A stretch of DNA of 64,000 bases. Source: an uncultured Gemmatimonadaceae bacterium. GTDB taxonomy: Bacteria > Gemmatimonadota > Gemmatimonadetes > Gemmatimonadales > Gemmatimonadaceae. This document shows positions 9,499 to 22,629 of this stretch, piece after piece. Positions within the stretch are counted from its first letter, which is position 1, and every line of letters starts with the position of its first letter. The position numbers were made by a program, and so were the translations under genes. Below the pieces are notes generated by a model. That model did not search any database. It was given only the letters and a program-made list of their open reading frames with translations, and was not told where the DNA came from. Where the stretch lies: positions 1,088,001 through 1,152,000 of the forward strand of contig CAWJMB010000002.1 in NCBI GenBank assembly GCA_963843845.1, in the 5' to 3' direction.

Positions 9499-11506
9499 TC
9501 AGCGGCGCTGAAACTCGGGGGCGCCGAACGCGAGCCCGACGATCTGCGCGAATCCGTTCAGCGGCGGCAGCGTCCCGGCAACCATCGGCTGCGCGCGCCC
9601 GGCCTTCACCGCCTCACGCGCCACGGCCGCCGGATCGTCGCCGCGGCGCTCGCTCCGGCGCTCCGCGCGACGGCGCTGGACGTCGCCGCTCGTGCCGCTC
9701 ATCGTGCCGCTCATCGTGCCTGCCGTCGTCGCGGCGTTCGGATCGGTCGCGTCGGCCCCGGCGGTCATCGCGAGCGAGTCGAGCGAGGCGCGGGCGCGCG
9801 GCGACGCGAGGAGCGGGTTCTCTCCCGACAGGAGCACCGCGCGCGTGTCTGGCGAGACCCCACCGCCGAACAGCGCCGCGACGACGCCATCCACCTGCTG
9901 CTCGCGCGACGCGTCGCGCAGCGTCGACGCGACCGACCAGTCGGCGATCCGCGCGCCGGGGAGCCGGTTCGCGGCGACGATGAGCCCGAAGTTGATGCGG
10001 TTCGAGGATCGCGCCCGTGTTCATCCACGCGTCGCCGGTCTCCGGCTAGCCGTTCGGCGCCTGGTGTCCGAAGATCGGCTGGCCGAGCCGCGCGACGAGC
10101 TGCGCCGTGCGCGGCGTCGTGTCCGGTGCGGCGCCGACGGCGCGCGCGGCGCTGACGACGAGCTCGAACGGCGACTTCACCTTCGAGCGGAACGCCGCGC
10201 GCGCAGAAGAACTCGGGCGACGTGACGATCGTGCGCAGCGTCTCGCGGATGTCGCCGTCGGTGCGCGTGAACGTCGCGGCGGCGCGGTCGACGAGCGCCG
10301 TCGGCGGCGTGTCGACGACGAAGCGGCGCGCGAGCTTCGTCGCGATGAACCGCGCCGTCGCCGGATGCCGCGCGAGGAGGTCGAGCACCTGCTTCGCCGT
10401 CCTCGATGCCGCGGCCGGCGGCGAGCGTATGCCCGAGGACCAGCTTCGCGCCCGCATCGTGCACCTCGGGGCGGAACACGAAGCCGCCGCCCTGCGCCGG
10501 ACGCGCTTCAGCGTCCAGCCGGTGAGCGCCCGCGCGACCTCGATGACGTCCTCCTGCGTGTAGCCGCCGTCGACGCCCAGCGTGTGCAGCTCCATCAGCT
10601 CGCGCGCGTAGTTCTCGTTCAGGCCCTTGGGCCGACGGTTCTGCGCGACCTGGCCGAGCTGCGTCATGCGCTCTCGCTGCTCGGCGGTGATGCGCCCGCG
10701 CTGACGGCGCGGTCGAGGGCCTGCCGGCGCTGCGCCGGGGTCATCTGCGCGAAGGCGCCGCGCGTCGTGCGCCGGCCGTCGGCGAGCGTCGGGCGCGCGC
10801 TGTCGGCGACGCTCTGGAAGTTGTCGAGGTACTGCAACATCGCGTCGCTCTTCGCGACCGCGCCGAGCAGATCGCGGAACTTGCCGAAGGCATGGGTGCG
10901 GATCGACCGCGTCGTACTGCGGCAGGGTGTAGCGCACCCGGTCCTTCCCGGCGAACACGTTGAAGTGGTTCTCCCAGAAGTCGGTCATCACTTCCTGCAA
11001 CTGCCGCTCGCTCGTGACGGCGCGCGCCACCTTCGCCGCCTGCAGCTCGCCGGCGACACGGTACGATTCGCGCGCCGCCGGCGCGCAGCTTCATCGAATC
11101 GTCGGCCGAGATCGCTCACGGCGCTGTCGCGGCGCCCCCCCGCACGACCGGCGCGACCGGCGCCGGTCGCGCGCGCCGTCTGGGCCAGCACGACGCCCGG
11201 CGGCGGAAACTCGCGCAGCAACTCGGCGCCGCTCATCGCGAGCACGGGGAAGCGCGCCACGAACGCGTCGGCCGACGCATCGGCGATGCGCTCCGGGTGC
11301 AGCTGCTCGTCGATCCAGCGGTCGACGCCGGCGGCCCGCACCCGTTCGACGTCGCCCGGGCGCGGGCCGAACGTGAGGCGGTTGAGCGCCTGCAGCACCT
11401 GCTGGTCGGCGGTCAGCTCGCGCGCGGCAGGCGGCTGAACCGGTGCGGCCGCAGTGGCGACGGCGACGGTGAGAGTGGCGAGCGCGAACAGTCGGCGACG
11501 AGTCAT
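9499..11506 (-). CDS. DUF1800 domain protein (multiple frameshifts, probably sequence errors)
   Basis: Motifs spread over several frames: LNRLTFGPRPG, QLQEVMTDFWENHFNV, NENYARELMELHTLG, HPATARFIATKLARRFV, APEFQRR. Adjacent to DUF1501. Confidence 0.85.
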
Positions 11507-11882
11507 GCGTGGCTCCTGGTGGCGCACTGTCGGACGACCGGGAGGACCGCCGTTAAGAGGCTGTCGCCGGCTGGAGCGCCGCGGCTCCAGCGTCCGATGT
11601 GCCCGCGCGGCGACCGGCGATTCATGTGCGACCGAGTGGCTGCCGAGACTCGACCGGGGCGAGCCGTGACCGGAGGATCGTCGCGCGGGTCATACAGGTC
11701 GGCGACGCGTCACCGTGCTGTCACGTGCCAGTGACGGTACTTGCCCGGTGGAAACGCCGTCGCCAGCGTGATGCAGATCACGGCGGAGCGGAAAAAATCG
11801 GGCGATCGTCGACTCCGGCGATGCCGAACGCTCCGTAGGGTCGTCGGCACGACGTACCGCAGCAGCAGCCTGTGGAGGGCTC

Positions 11883-12497
11883 ATGGATTTCCTGGTGTTG
11901 CTCGACGAGGGAACGGATCCGGCACGCCCGGCAACGATCGATGCGACGCGCGCCGGGGGCGCGGCTCCGGTCACCTCGGCTTCTCCGGTCGGCGGCCCGG
12001 CGGGGCCGCTCGCGCACGTGAACTCGATTCCGTCGACCGACGCGTTCGGCGCCGCGCCGCGCGAAGTCGTCACGCTGTACGGTGCCGTCGACGCGCAGGC
12101 GCTCGCGCTCGCGCTCGCGGCGGCGTTCGAGGGGCAGCGGGTCGGCCCCCCGACGCCGAGCGCCATCCGTCATCTCGGTGTCTGGCCAGAGCGCGGTGCG
12201 GTCGGTGACGCGGCGTGGCGCGACGAGCGCACGGGACAGCTGATGACCCAGGACGTCGAGATCCCGTATCTCACGCTCTCCGAGACCGCGCGCCGTCTGC
12301 TCGCGGAGTGCGGATCGACGCTGGGGCAGATGGTCGCCGGGCTCAACATGCCCGACTGGCCGGAAGGGGCGCGGCGTGCGATCAACTTCTCGCTCGGCTT
12401 CTCGGAGAGCGCCCCGCTGGCGCCGGCCGGTGTCGGCGGCGACGCGCTGCTCGATTCGCTGCGCGAGGCGGACGGCTACGACGTGGAGGGTGACTAA
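11883..12497 (+). CDS. Hypothetical protein
   Basis: 204 aa with normal composition, GGAGG RBS upstream and a terminator hairpin downstream. No family recognised. Confidence 0.65.
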   Translation: MDFLVLLDEGTDPARPATIDATRAGGAAPVTSASPVGGPAGPLAHVNSIPSTDAFGAAPREVVTLYGAVDAQALALALAAAFEGQRVGPPTPSAIRHLGVWPERGAVGDAAWRDERTGQLMTQDVEIPYLTLSETARRLLAECGSTLGQMVAGLNMPDWPEGARRAINFSLGFSESAPLAPAGVGGDALLDSLREADGYDVEGD

Positions 12498-12530
12498 CGA
12501 ACCCTTCCGTCGTCTGACTCGCGTAGGACA

Positions 12531-12570
12531 GAGCGCCCGGATCTCCCTTCGCGGAGGCCGGGCGTTTCTG
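12531..12570 (+). terminator. Probable intrinsic terminator
   Basis: gagcgcccgg-atctcc-cttcgc-ggag-gccgggcgtttct stem followed by a short T-rich tail. Confidence 0.55.
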
Positions 12571-12699
12571 CGTTCTGGCCCGGCGACGGCCGGTCGGGTG
12601 GCCGAAGGGCGCGACCGACTTCCTGCACGGCGGGACTCGCCGCGGTGCGGCGGGGCCGTCCCCCGTCGGCGTCGCGTTCCGCCGTCGCCGAGAAGGCTC

Positions 12700-12728
12700 T
12701 TGACGGTCTTCGCCCCCGCGCGCACGCT
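12700..12728 (+). promoter_or_regulatory. Possible sigma70-type promoter for the EF-G paralogue
   Basis: TTGACG-N17-CACGCT. Confidence 0.35.
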
Positions 12729-12775
12729 GAGGGTACGGGGTCCGACGTCAAGACCAGGGTCGTCAGGAGCGGATC

Positions 12776-14887
12776 ATGAAAGAGTACGGCAGCAGAGACA
12801 TCCGGAACGTCGCGGTCGTCGGGCATGGCGCCAGCGGGAAGACGAGTCTCGTCGACGCCATGGCCTGGGCCGCGGGAGCGAGCAAGCGCCGCGGAGCGGT
12901 GCGCGACGGCACGAGCCTCACCGACTTCACGCCCGAAGAGATCGAGCGCGGCTACTCCATCACCCTCGGGTGCGCGTACGCCGAGTGGGAAGGGTGCAAG
13001 ATCAACCTGCTGGACACGCCCGGGTATCTCGACTTCCAGGGCGACGCGATCGCGGGACTCGCCGCGGCCGACGGCGCGCTGGTCGTCGTGTCGGCGACGA
13101 GCGGCGTCGAGGTCGGCACCGAGAAGATGTTCCACGAAGCCGTGCGTCGCGCCGACCCCGTCCTCTTCGTCGTGTCGATGATGGACAAGGAGCAGGCAGG
13201 CTTCGACGCGATCTACCGGCAGATCAAGGAGCGCCTCACGAGCAAGGTCGTTCCTGTCGAGATCCCGTTAGGCGAGGGCGGCACGCTGCGCGGCGTGATG
13301 AACCTGTTCACGAAGAAGGCGTACGTCTACAAACAGGGCGCGAAGAACGGCGAATACGACGAGATCGACATCCCGGCCGAGGCACAGCCGCGCTTCGATC
13401 AGTACCGCGAGGAGATGATCGAAGCCGTGAGCTCGACCGACGACACGCTGCTCGAGCGGTATCTCGAGGGGGCAGAGATCGGGCGCGACGAAGTCATCGC
13501 CGGAATGAAGGAGGCGATGAAGCGCGAGGACCTCTTCCCCCTGTTCTCCGTGTCGAGCGAGAGCATGATCGGCGTGCGCGCGCTGCTCACCGAGATCGTG
13601 CAGTTGATGCCGTCGGCGTGGGAGATGGAAGAGATCCACGGGTTTCACGGCGCCGAGGGCGATCGGACGGTCGAGATCCACGCGAACGACGACGCGCCGC
13701 TGGCCGCGCTCGTGTTCAAGACGCACGCCGAGCCACACGTCGGCGACGTCTCGTACTTTCGCATCCTGTCAGGAAGCGTGTCGAACGGGCAGGACGTGTT
13801 CAATGCGACGCGCGACGTCGTCGAGAAGCTGAACCACCTGTCGATCCCGTGCGGCAAGGAGCGTGTCGAAGTCGGCCGGCTGCACGCGGGCGACATCGGC
13901 TGCGTGGCGAAGCTGCGCAACACGCACACGAACGACACCCTCTCGACACGCGAGCACCCCGTCCGGCTCCCGCAGATCGAATTCCCCGACGCGATCGTGC
14001 ACTTCGCCGTGCACGCGCAGGCGCGCGAGATGGAGGAGAAGCTCCAGCAGGGGCTGCACCGGCTGCACGACGAGGACCCGACCTTCACCGTGCAGTACGT
14101 TCCCGACACGCGCGAGACCGTCGTCGGCGGGATGGGGGAGCGGCACCTCGACGTGCAGCTCGCGCGGCTCAAGCGGAAGTACGGCGCGGGCGGCGAGCTG
14201 ACGCGGCCGAAGATCGCCTACCGCGAGACGATCACGGCGCAGGAGAAGGGGCAGGGACGCCACAAGAAGCAGACGGGCGGCAAGGGGCAGTTCGGCGACT
14301 GCTGGATCCGCATGGCGCCGCTGCCGCGCGGCGACGGCTACCGCTTCGACGACCAGATCGTCGGGGGCTCGATTCCGTCGAAGTACATCCCCGCCGTCGA
14401 CCGGGGGGTGCAGGAGGCCTCGGCGCGCGGCGTGCTCGCCGGCTTCCCGCTCGTCGACTTCCGCGTCGAGCTGTTCGACGGGTCGTACCACTCGGTCGAC
14501 TCGAGCGAGCAGGCGTTCAAGATGGCCGGCATCCTCGGCTTCCGCGCGGTCGCGCAGCGGTGTCGGCCGGTGCTGCTCGAGCCGCTCGACACGATCGAGA
14601 TCACGACGCCCGACGCGTACCTGGGCGACGTCATGGGCGACGTCTCGGCGCGGCGCGGGCACATCCTCGGGACCGACGTCGCGTCGGACGGGCGCGGCAC
14701 GACCGTGCGCGCGGTCGTGCCGCAGTCGGAGATGCACCTCTACGCGACGCACCTGCACTCGATGACGCACGGCTACGCGACGTTCGTGCGGCGCTTCCAC
14801 GGCTACGAGCAGATGCCGACCGACGCCGCGCAGAAAGTGATCGAGGCGCACGCGAAGCAGCGCGAGGAGGCACTGGCGGAGGCCTGA
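12776..14887 (+). CDS. fusA: Elongation factor G paralogue (EF-G2 type)
   Basis: IRNVAVVGHGASGKTSL, DTPGY, KKQTGGKGQFG, DGSYHSVDSSE. 703 aa. Not in an rpsL-rpsG-tuf context. Confidence 0.9.
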   Translation: MKEYGSRDIRNVAVVGHGASGKTSLVDAMAWAAGASKRRGAVRDGTSLTDFTPEEIERGYSITLGCAYAEWEGCKINLLDTPGYLDFQGDAIAGLAAADGALVVVSATSGVEVGTEKMFHEAVRRADPVLFVVSMMDKEQAGFDAIYRQIKERLTSKVVPVEIPLGEGGTLRGVMNLFTKKAYVYKQGAKNGEYDEIDIPAEAQPRFDQYREEMIEAVSSTDDTLLERYLEGAEIGRDEVIAGMKEAMKREDLFPLFSVSSESMIGVRALLTEIVQLMPSAWEMEEIHGFHGAEGDRTVEIHANDDAPLAALVFKTHAEPHVGDVSYFRILSGSVSNGQDVFNATRDVVEKLNHLSIPCGKERVEVGRLHAGDIGCVAKLRNTHTNDTLSTREHPVRLPQIEFPDAIVHFAVHAQAREMEEKLQQGLHRLHDEDPTFTVQYVPDTRETVVGGMGERHLDVQLARLKRKYGAGGELTRPKIAYRETITAQEKGQGRHKKQTGGKGQFGDCWIRMAPLPRGDGYRFDDQIVGGSIPSKYIPAVDRGVQEASARGVLAGFPLVDFRVELFDGSYHSVDSSEQAFKMAGILGFRAVAQRCRPVLLEPLDTIEITTPDAYLGDVMGDVSARRGHILGTDVASDGRGTTVRAVVPQSEMHLYATHLHSMTHGYATFVRRFHGYEQMPTDAAQKVIEAHAKQREEALAEA

Positions 14888-14981
14888 CCGCGGTCGGCGG
14901 TCAGCGTCTCGCCCGGGATCTGCGTAGACAACCGGCCGCAGTGCACCCGACCTCGAGCGGCATCCCTGCTCCCCGTCGCTC

Positions 14982-17696
<2,715 letters not shown>

Positions 17697-17759
17697 GCGC
17701 GCCGGGCGACGTGCAGTGCGGCGGCGGCCGTGACGAGCGCCGCGCACGCGCGATCGACG

Positions 17760-18514
17760 CTACACCTTTCGGTACGACACGCGCGCCGCCTCGCGCCGGT
17801 CGCTCGCCGAGTAGATCTCGAAGTCGGCGAAGAACGCCGGCGACTCCCGCTGCATGAGCCGGATGATCGCGACGGCGAGGCGCCGGATCTCGAGCTCCGC
17901 GCCCTCGCTCGACCGCATCTCGAGGATCGCCCGCCACGCGCGCACGTTCGCCGTGAACACGATCTTCGTCTCGGTCGAGTTCGGGAGCACGCCGCGCGCC
18001 GCCTCGCGCGCCATCTTGCGACGGTGGACCTTGTCGTCGACCCACTTGTAGCGCTCCATCAGCCGCTCGACGAGCGCCACGTACGACGCCTGCGCCCCCT
18101 CGATCTGCGCCCGCCACGCGCTCTCCAGCAGATCCTCGTCGCCGAGCGATCGCCGGCGGCACGACGAAGTTCGCCTCGCTCTCGTCGACGTAGCGCTGCG
18201 AGAGCTGTGACATCGCGGTCCCCGCACGGTGCCGCACCAGCTCGTGCGTCAGCGAGCGGCTCACTCCCTCGAGCAGCAGCGAGTAGCTCGCGTGTTCGAG
18301 CACGCTTCCGTGCCCCTGCTTCTTGATGTTCTCGAGGTAGTTCGCGGTCGTGCGCTGCGCCGGGTTTCGCTGCGACATGTAGCACAGGCGCCCGGCGAAC
18401 TCCGCGAGGCGCTCGCCGTCGGTGCTCTCGCCGATCCACGAGACGGGGAGGTGCTCGGGCTCGACGAAACTGCGGGCGCGCGACGAGCGTGATCTTCGGT
18501 TCGGTGTAGAGCAT
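17760..18514 (-). CDS. thyX: Flavin-dependent thymidylate synthase ThyX (two frameshifts near 18470 and 18150)
   Basis: AGRLCYMS, GHGSVLEHA, VSRSLTHELVRHR...SQLSQRYV, REAARGVLPN, AELEIRRLA distributed across frames. Confidence 0.9.
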
Positions 18515-18517
18515 CCG

Positions 18518-20295
18518 TCAGGCGGGGATCGGGGATCGGGGACCGGGGACCGGGACAGCAGGAGAATCGCCACCCGATCCCCGATCCCCGATCCCCTGCT
18601 GTGCATCGAGCGTATCCAATCGAAAGCGCGCATACTCGCGCCGCTCCGCGACGCGGTCGAGCGCGCGCCGCGCGGCGACCGGGAGCGGCGCGAGCGCCGG
18701 GTCGTACTTCACGTCGCCGATCGGCTGCTGGGCCGGGAGCGCGACCTTGACTCCGGGATTCAGCACGCCGTCCGGATCGAACGCGCGCTTCGTCGCGGCG
18801 AACAGCGCGAGCGCGTCGGCCTGCCACACGCGCGGCATGAGGGGAGTGCGGAGCCGCCCGTCGCCGTGCTCGCCGGCGAGCGTACCGCCCAACGACGCGA
18901 CGAGTGCGGTCACGTCGTCGAGCAGCGCGGCCACGCGCGAGCGCCAGTCCGCGCGCCGCACGTCGATCAGCGGGTTCACGTGCACGTGGCGCGTCGCCCG
19001 CATGGCCGAAGATCACGCCGCGCGTGTCGTGCCGGGCGAGCGCCGCGCGCACCCCGCGCACGTAGGCCGGAAGGCGGTCGGCCGGCACCGTCGCCGTCTT
19101 CGATGAACTGCATCGACTTGAGCGACGGATCGAGCCGCGCGAGGATCGGGCTCGCCGCGTGCCGCAGCGCCCACAGCGCACGCTCGGCGCGCGCGTCGAG
19201 CGCGACGCGAACGTCGCGCGCGCCGGCCGCGAGCAGCACTCCCGCGAGCCGCTCCACCGAACCGCGCACGTCGCCGGCCGACGCGCCGTCGAGCTCGATC
19301 AGGAGGGCCGCTTCGGCGTCGTCCGGAACCGTCGGTAGCGCGTCGTGCGCCCCGTCGACGTCCGCCGCGCCGTGCGCCCGATGCCCCCCCTGCGCGGCGA
19401 CGTCGAGGAAGGTGCGGTCGAGCAGCTCGCAGGCGCTCGCGCCCGCTCTCGCGCGCCTGCGCGGCGCCGATCACGGCCCCCTCGAGCGTCGCGAACGCGG
19501 CCAGCAGGCTGCTCGTCGCGTTCGGCGGCGCCGTCAGCGCCAGCTCGAGTCCCACGAACAGCGCGAGCGTTCCCTCGGATCCGACGAGCAGGTCGACCAG
19601 CTCGCCGCTCGCCGCGTAGTCGGCGAGCGCGTATCCCGACGACTCTTTGCGCACGTCGTGGATCGGCACGGCGCCGGCCGCGCGAGCGTCGGCGCCACGT
19701 CGGCGAGGAAACGTCGCACGGCGGGCACGTCGGGCGGGGGCGCGCCGCGCCGCACGACCGCGCGCGTTCCGTCGGCGAACACGCAGTCGAGCGCCGACAC
19801 CCAGCGCCGCGTCGCGCCGTGGCGCAGGGCGCGCGCGCCGGCCGCATTCGTCGACGCCATCCCGCCCACCGTGCAGAACGCGCCGCTCGACGGGTCGGGC
19901 GGAAAGCGTGAGTCCGGCCGTGCGCGCCGCGGCGTCGACGGCACCGCGCACCGCGCCCGGCCCGACGCGGATGCGTCCGCGTCGCCGAGTCCGTTCCCGT
20001 CGGCCACCACCTCGCCGATCGCATCGAGCCGCGACAGGTCGACGATGACGCCGGCGCCGACGGCGCCCCCGGCCATGCCGCTTCCCGAGCCGCGCGGGAC
20101 GAGCGCCGTGCGGGTGCGCGCTGCCCACGCCACCAGCGGCCCGACGTCCGCCGCGTCGCGCGGGACGACGACCGCCGCCGGGACGCACTGCGCGATTCCC
20201 GCCCCCTCGGCATAGACGGCCCGCGCGTCGAGGTCGGTGCGGACGAGGCCCGCGAAGCCGGGGATGTCGAGGCGGAGCGGGGGAGCGGGCGGCAC
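18518..20295 (-). CDS. FAD-binding oxidoreductase (GlcD / D-lactate dehydrogenase-like), multiple frameshifts
   Basis: PRGSGSGMAGG, PPDPSS..CTVGGMASTNAAG, LLVGSEGTL, FGHAGD..HVNP, GEHGDG, FDPDGVLNPG. Confidence 0.85.
18523..18596. repeat. Heptamer-based palindromic element, copy B
   Basis: (CGGGGAY)x4-cgggac-16 nt-cccgat-(CCCCGAT)x2-cccc. Lies inside the 3' end of the oxidoreductase ORF. Confidence 0.8.
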
Positions 20296-20387
20296 GGCGG
20301 GAATCTAATCGCGGCGGGCGTGGGTGCGGCTCGACGGCGGCCGCGGCGCCCGCCATCGACGCGGAGCCGGTCGCTAGCTTTCCCGCC

Positions 20388-21431
20388 ATGCCGACCGCCG
20401 CTGTAGCTGACGCCCGCCGATTCTGCGAGACGATCCTTCCGCAGGTCTCGCGCACCTTCGCGTTGGGCATCCGCGTCCTCCCCGGCGCGCTCGGCCGCGC
20501 GGTGCTCACGGCGTACCTCATCTGCCGCATCGCCGACACCGTCGAGGACGCGCCCGCGCAGTCGCCCGACGAGAAGGGCGCGCTGTTCGACCGCCTGCTC
20601 GCCTGCTTCGACGACCCGGCCGCCGTGAGCGCCTTCGTCGCCGAGTCGCACGGGGTGACGGGTGAGGCGGCGCACCTCGAGCTCGTGCGGCGCGCGGATC
20701 TGGTGTTCGCGCACTTCCGTACGCTCCCCGCCACGACGCAGGCGATCGTGCGGCGCTGGGTCAGTGAGATGGTCGTCGGGATGCGGAAGTTCGTGTTCCT
20801 CTACCCGAACGGCATCCGCATCCAGACGGTCGAGGAGTTCCGCGAGTACTGCTACTACGTCGCCGGCACGGTCGGCTATCTGCTGACCGATCTGTGGCAC
20901 GAGCACTCGCCGGCGATCGGCGCGCGTCGCTACGAGCGCCTGCGCGAGCGGTGCCGCGCGTTCGCCGAGGCGCTGCAGACGGTGAACATCCTGAAGGACG
21001 TCGCGCACGACGCGAGCGTCGAGAACTCGATCTACGTCCCCGAGCAGTTGCTGCGCGAGCATGGCAGCACGCACGCCGCGCTGCTCGCCGCCGACCGCGA
21101 GGCGGCCAACCGGGGCGCCATCGAGCGCCTGATCGCGCTCGCGGCCGCCGACCTCGAGGAGGCGCGAGCCTACCTGCTGCTCATTCCGCGGCGGGCGCTC
21201 GCCATCCGGCTGTTCTGTATCCTCCCCCTGCTCCTCGCCCACGCCACGCTCCGCGACCTCACGCGCACGTCGGCGATGCTGCGCCCCGGCGGCGTGGTGA
21301 AGATCTCGCGTCGCGAGGTGAAGTCGCTGCTCGCGGCGGGAATCGTGTTCGCGGCGAGCAACGGGGCGGTGCGGTGGCTCGTCGAGCGGGTGAGTCGCCG
21401 CGCGTTCGTGCTGCGGTTCGTCAGTGGCTGA
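20388..21431 (+). CDS. Squalene/phytoene synthase family protein (SQS-like)
   Basis: LPQVSRTFAL, YLICRIADTVED, YCYYVAGTVG, LQTVNILKD, KISRREV. Confidence 0.88.
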   Translation: MPTAAVADARRFCETILPQVSRTFALGIRVLPGALGRAVLTAYLICRIADTVEDAPAQSPDEKGALFDRLLACFDDPAAVSAFVAESHGVTGEAAHLELVRRADLVFAHFRTLPATTQAIVRRWVSEMVVGMRKFVFLYPNGIRIQTVEEFREYCYYVAGTVGYLLTDLWHEHSPAIGARRYERLRERCRAFAEALQTVNILKDVAHDASVENSIYVPEQLLREHGSTHAALLAADREAANRGAIERLIALAAADLEEARAYLLLIPRRALAIRLFCILPLLLAHATLRDLTRTSAMLRPGGVVKISRREVKSLLAAGIVFAASNGAVRWLVERVSRRAFVLRFVSG

Positions 21432-21472
21432 CGGCCGTCGAGCCGATCGTCAGCAGGTCGCGTCGCGCTTCC

Positions 21473-21994
21473 TCAGATCTTCACGACAGCATTCGCCCAC
21501 CCCGCCGCATCGCGATCCTGTTCGTACACCCGCTCCAGATCGACGACGACCGCATTCGCCGCCCGGCCGACCGCGAATCGGTCCATCCCGCGCGTCGCCC
21601 GCCCTTCGATGAACGACCCGTCGGGTCGGTATCTGGACTTGTGCTTCGGGCACTGAAAGCGCCCCGCGCCCTCGTCCCACCGCAGCGCCGTGTTCTGATG
21701 TGGGCACGCCAGCGCGAACGCGTAGACGGCGCCTTGCCAGCGAACGAGAATCACCTCGTGCTCGCGATCGATGGTCGCCCCGTCGCGCGTCGGGATCGCG
21801 TAGCTCCGCGTGTCACCGCGTGACGCGATCGCACGAACGAACTCGAGCGGCGCGAGCGCGTCCGCTCGGCGCGCGCCGACTCCGAGCAGCGCGGCGGCGA
21901 CGGCCGCGGCGGCGCTGCGGAAGAACGTGCGGCGGTCGACGGCGAGCGCGCAGCCGCCGCAGTCGGCGTCGTGAGCAGGGGCGTGATCGGTCAT
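21473..21994 (-). CDS. Rieske [2Fe-2S] protein with Tat-like signal
   Basis: DRRTFF + hydrophobic stretch. CPH and CPKH ligand boxes. Confidence 0.88.
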   Translation of the reverse strand: MTDHAPAHDADCGGCALAVDRRTFFRSAAAAVAAALLGVGARRADALAPLEFVRAIASRGDTRSYAIPTRDGATIDREHEVILVRWQGAVYAFALACPHQNTALRWDEGAGRFQCPKHKSRYRPDGSFIEGRATRGMDRFAVGRAANAVVVDLERVYEQDRDAAGWANAVVKI

Positions 21995-22061
21995 GACGGC
22001 AGGGAGCAGGAAAGACGGTCGGACACGCCGCTCCGCAGGCGCGCTCGGCGTCGGGGGGCGG

Positions 22062-22628
22062 TCAGGCGGCGTTCGTGAGCGCCACCCCGGCGAGCAGGGT
22101 CGCGAGCCAGAGCACCGCACTCGTGATCGCGGTCACGCGGAGCCCTCGCCATTGCGCGGCGTCGGCCGACCCGCCGTGCGCGCGCACCCTGCGCTCCTGC
22201 AACGTCATCGCGCGGCCGTTCGCGAGCAGCAGCGCGACGAGCGCCATCTTCGTCCAGTACACCGGCGACGTGGCGAAGGTCTCGACGTCGGCCAGGAAGA
22301 GCGCGGCGCCCGTGACGGCCGCGACGAGCAACGCGCCGACCACTGTACCGTGCGCCTCGCCCAACGCGTCCAGCTGACGGGCGCGGTCCGTCGACCCGCC
22401 GCGCACGGCGCGCAGCGTGCCTCGGTCGAGCGTCAGCGCGAGCCCGCCCCCGATCAGCAGCGCGCCGAGGTGCGCGAACACGACGGCGGTCTGGGCGATC
22501 GTCGAGTCGTCGTAGAACCGCTTCCACGGCTCGACTGCCGCGGTGAGCGACGTCACCACCGACGCGAGCGGTGTCAGCGAGGCGAGCGGTGCGACCAGGC
22601 CGAGCGGCGCCGTGGCGACGACCGACAC
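22062..22628 (-). CDS. Four-TM membrane protein (DUF2214/CopD-like)
   Basis: Hydrophobic segments with FAHLGALLIGGG, VTGAALF, YWTKMALVALLLANG. Start uncertain. Confidence 0.65.
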   Translation of the reverse strand: MSVVATAPLGLVAPLASLTPLASVVTSLTAAVEPWKRFYDDSTIAQTAVVFAHLGALLIGGGLALTLDRGTLRAVRGGSTDRARQLDALGEAHGTVVGALLVAAVTGAALFLADVETFATSPVYWTKMALVALLLANGRAMTLQERRVRAHGGSADAAQWRGLRVTAITSAVLWLATLLAGVALTNAA

Positions 22629-22629
22629 G

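Noticed and set aside
11520..11880. Riboswitch or known ncRNA in long intergenic regions (also 12500-12770)
   Set aside because: No recognisable consensus by eye. An Rfam scan would be needed.
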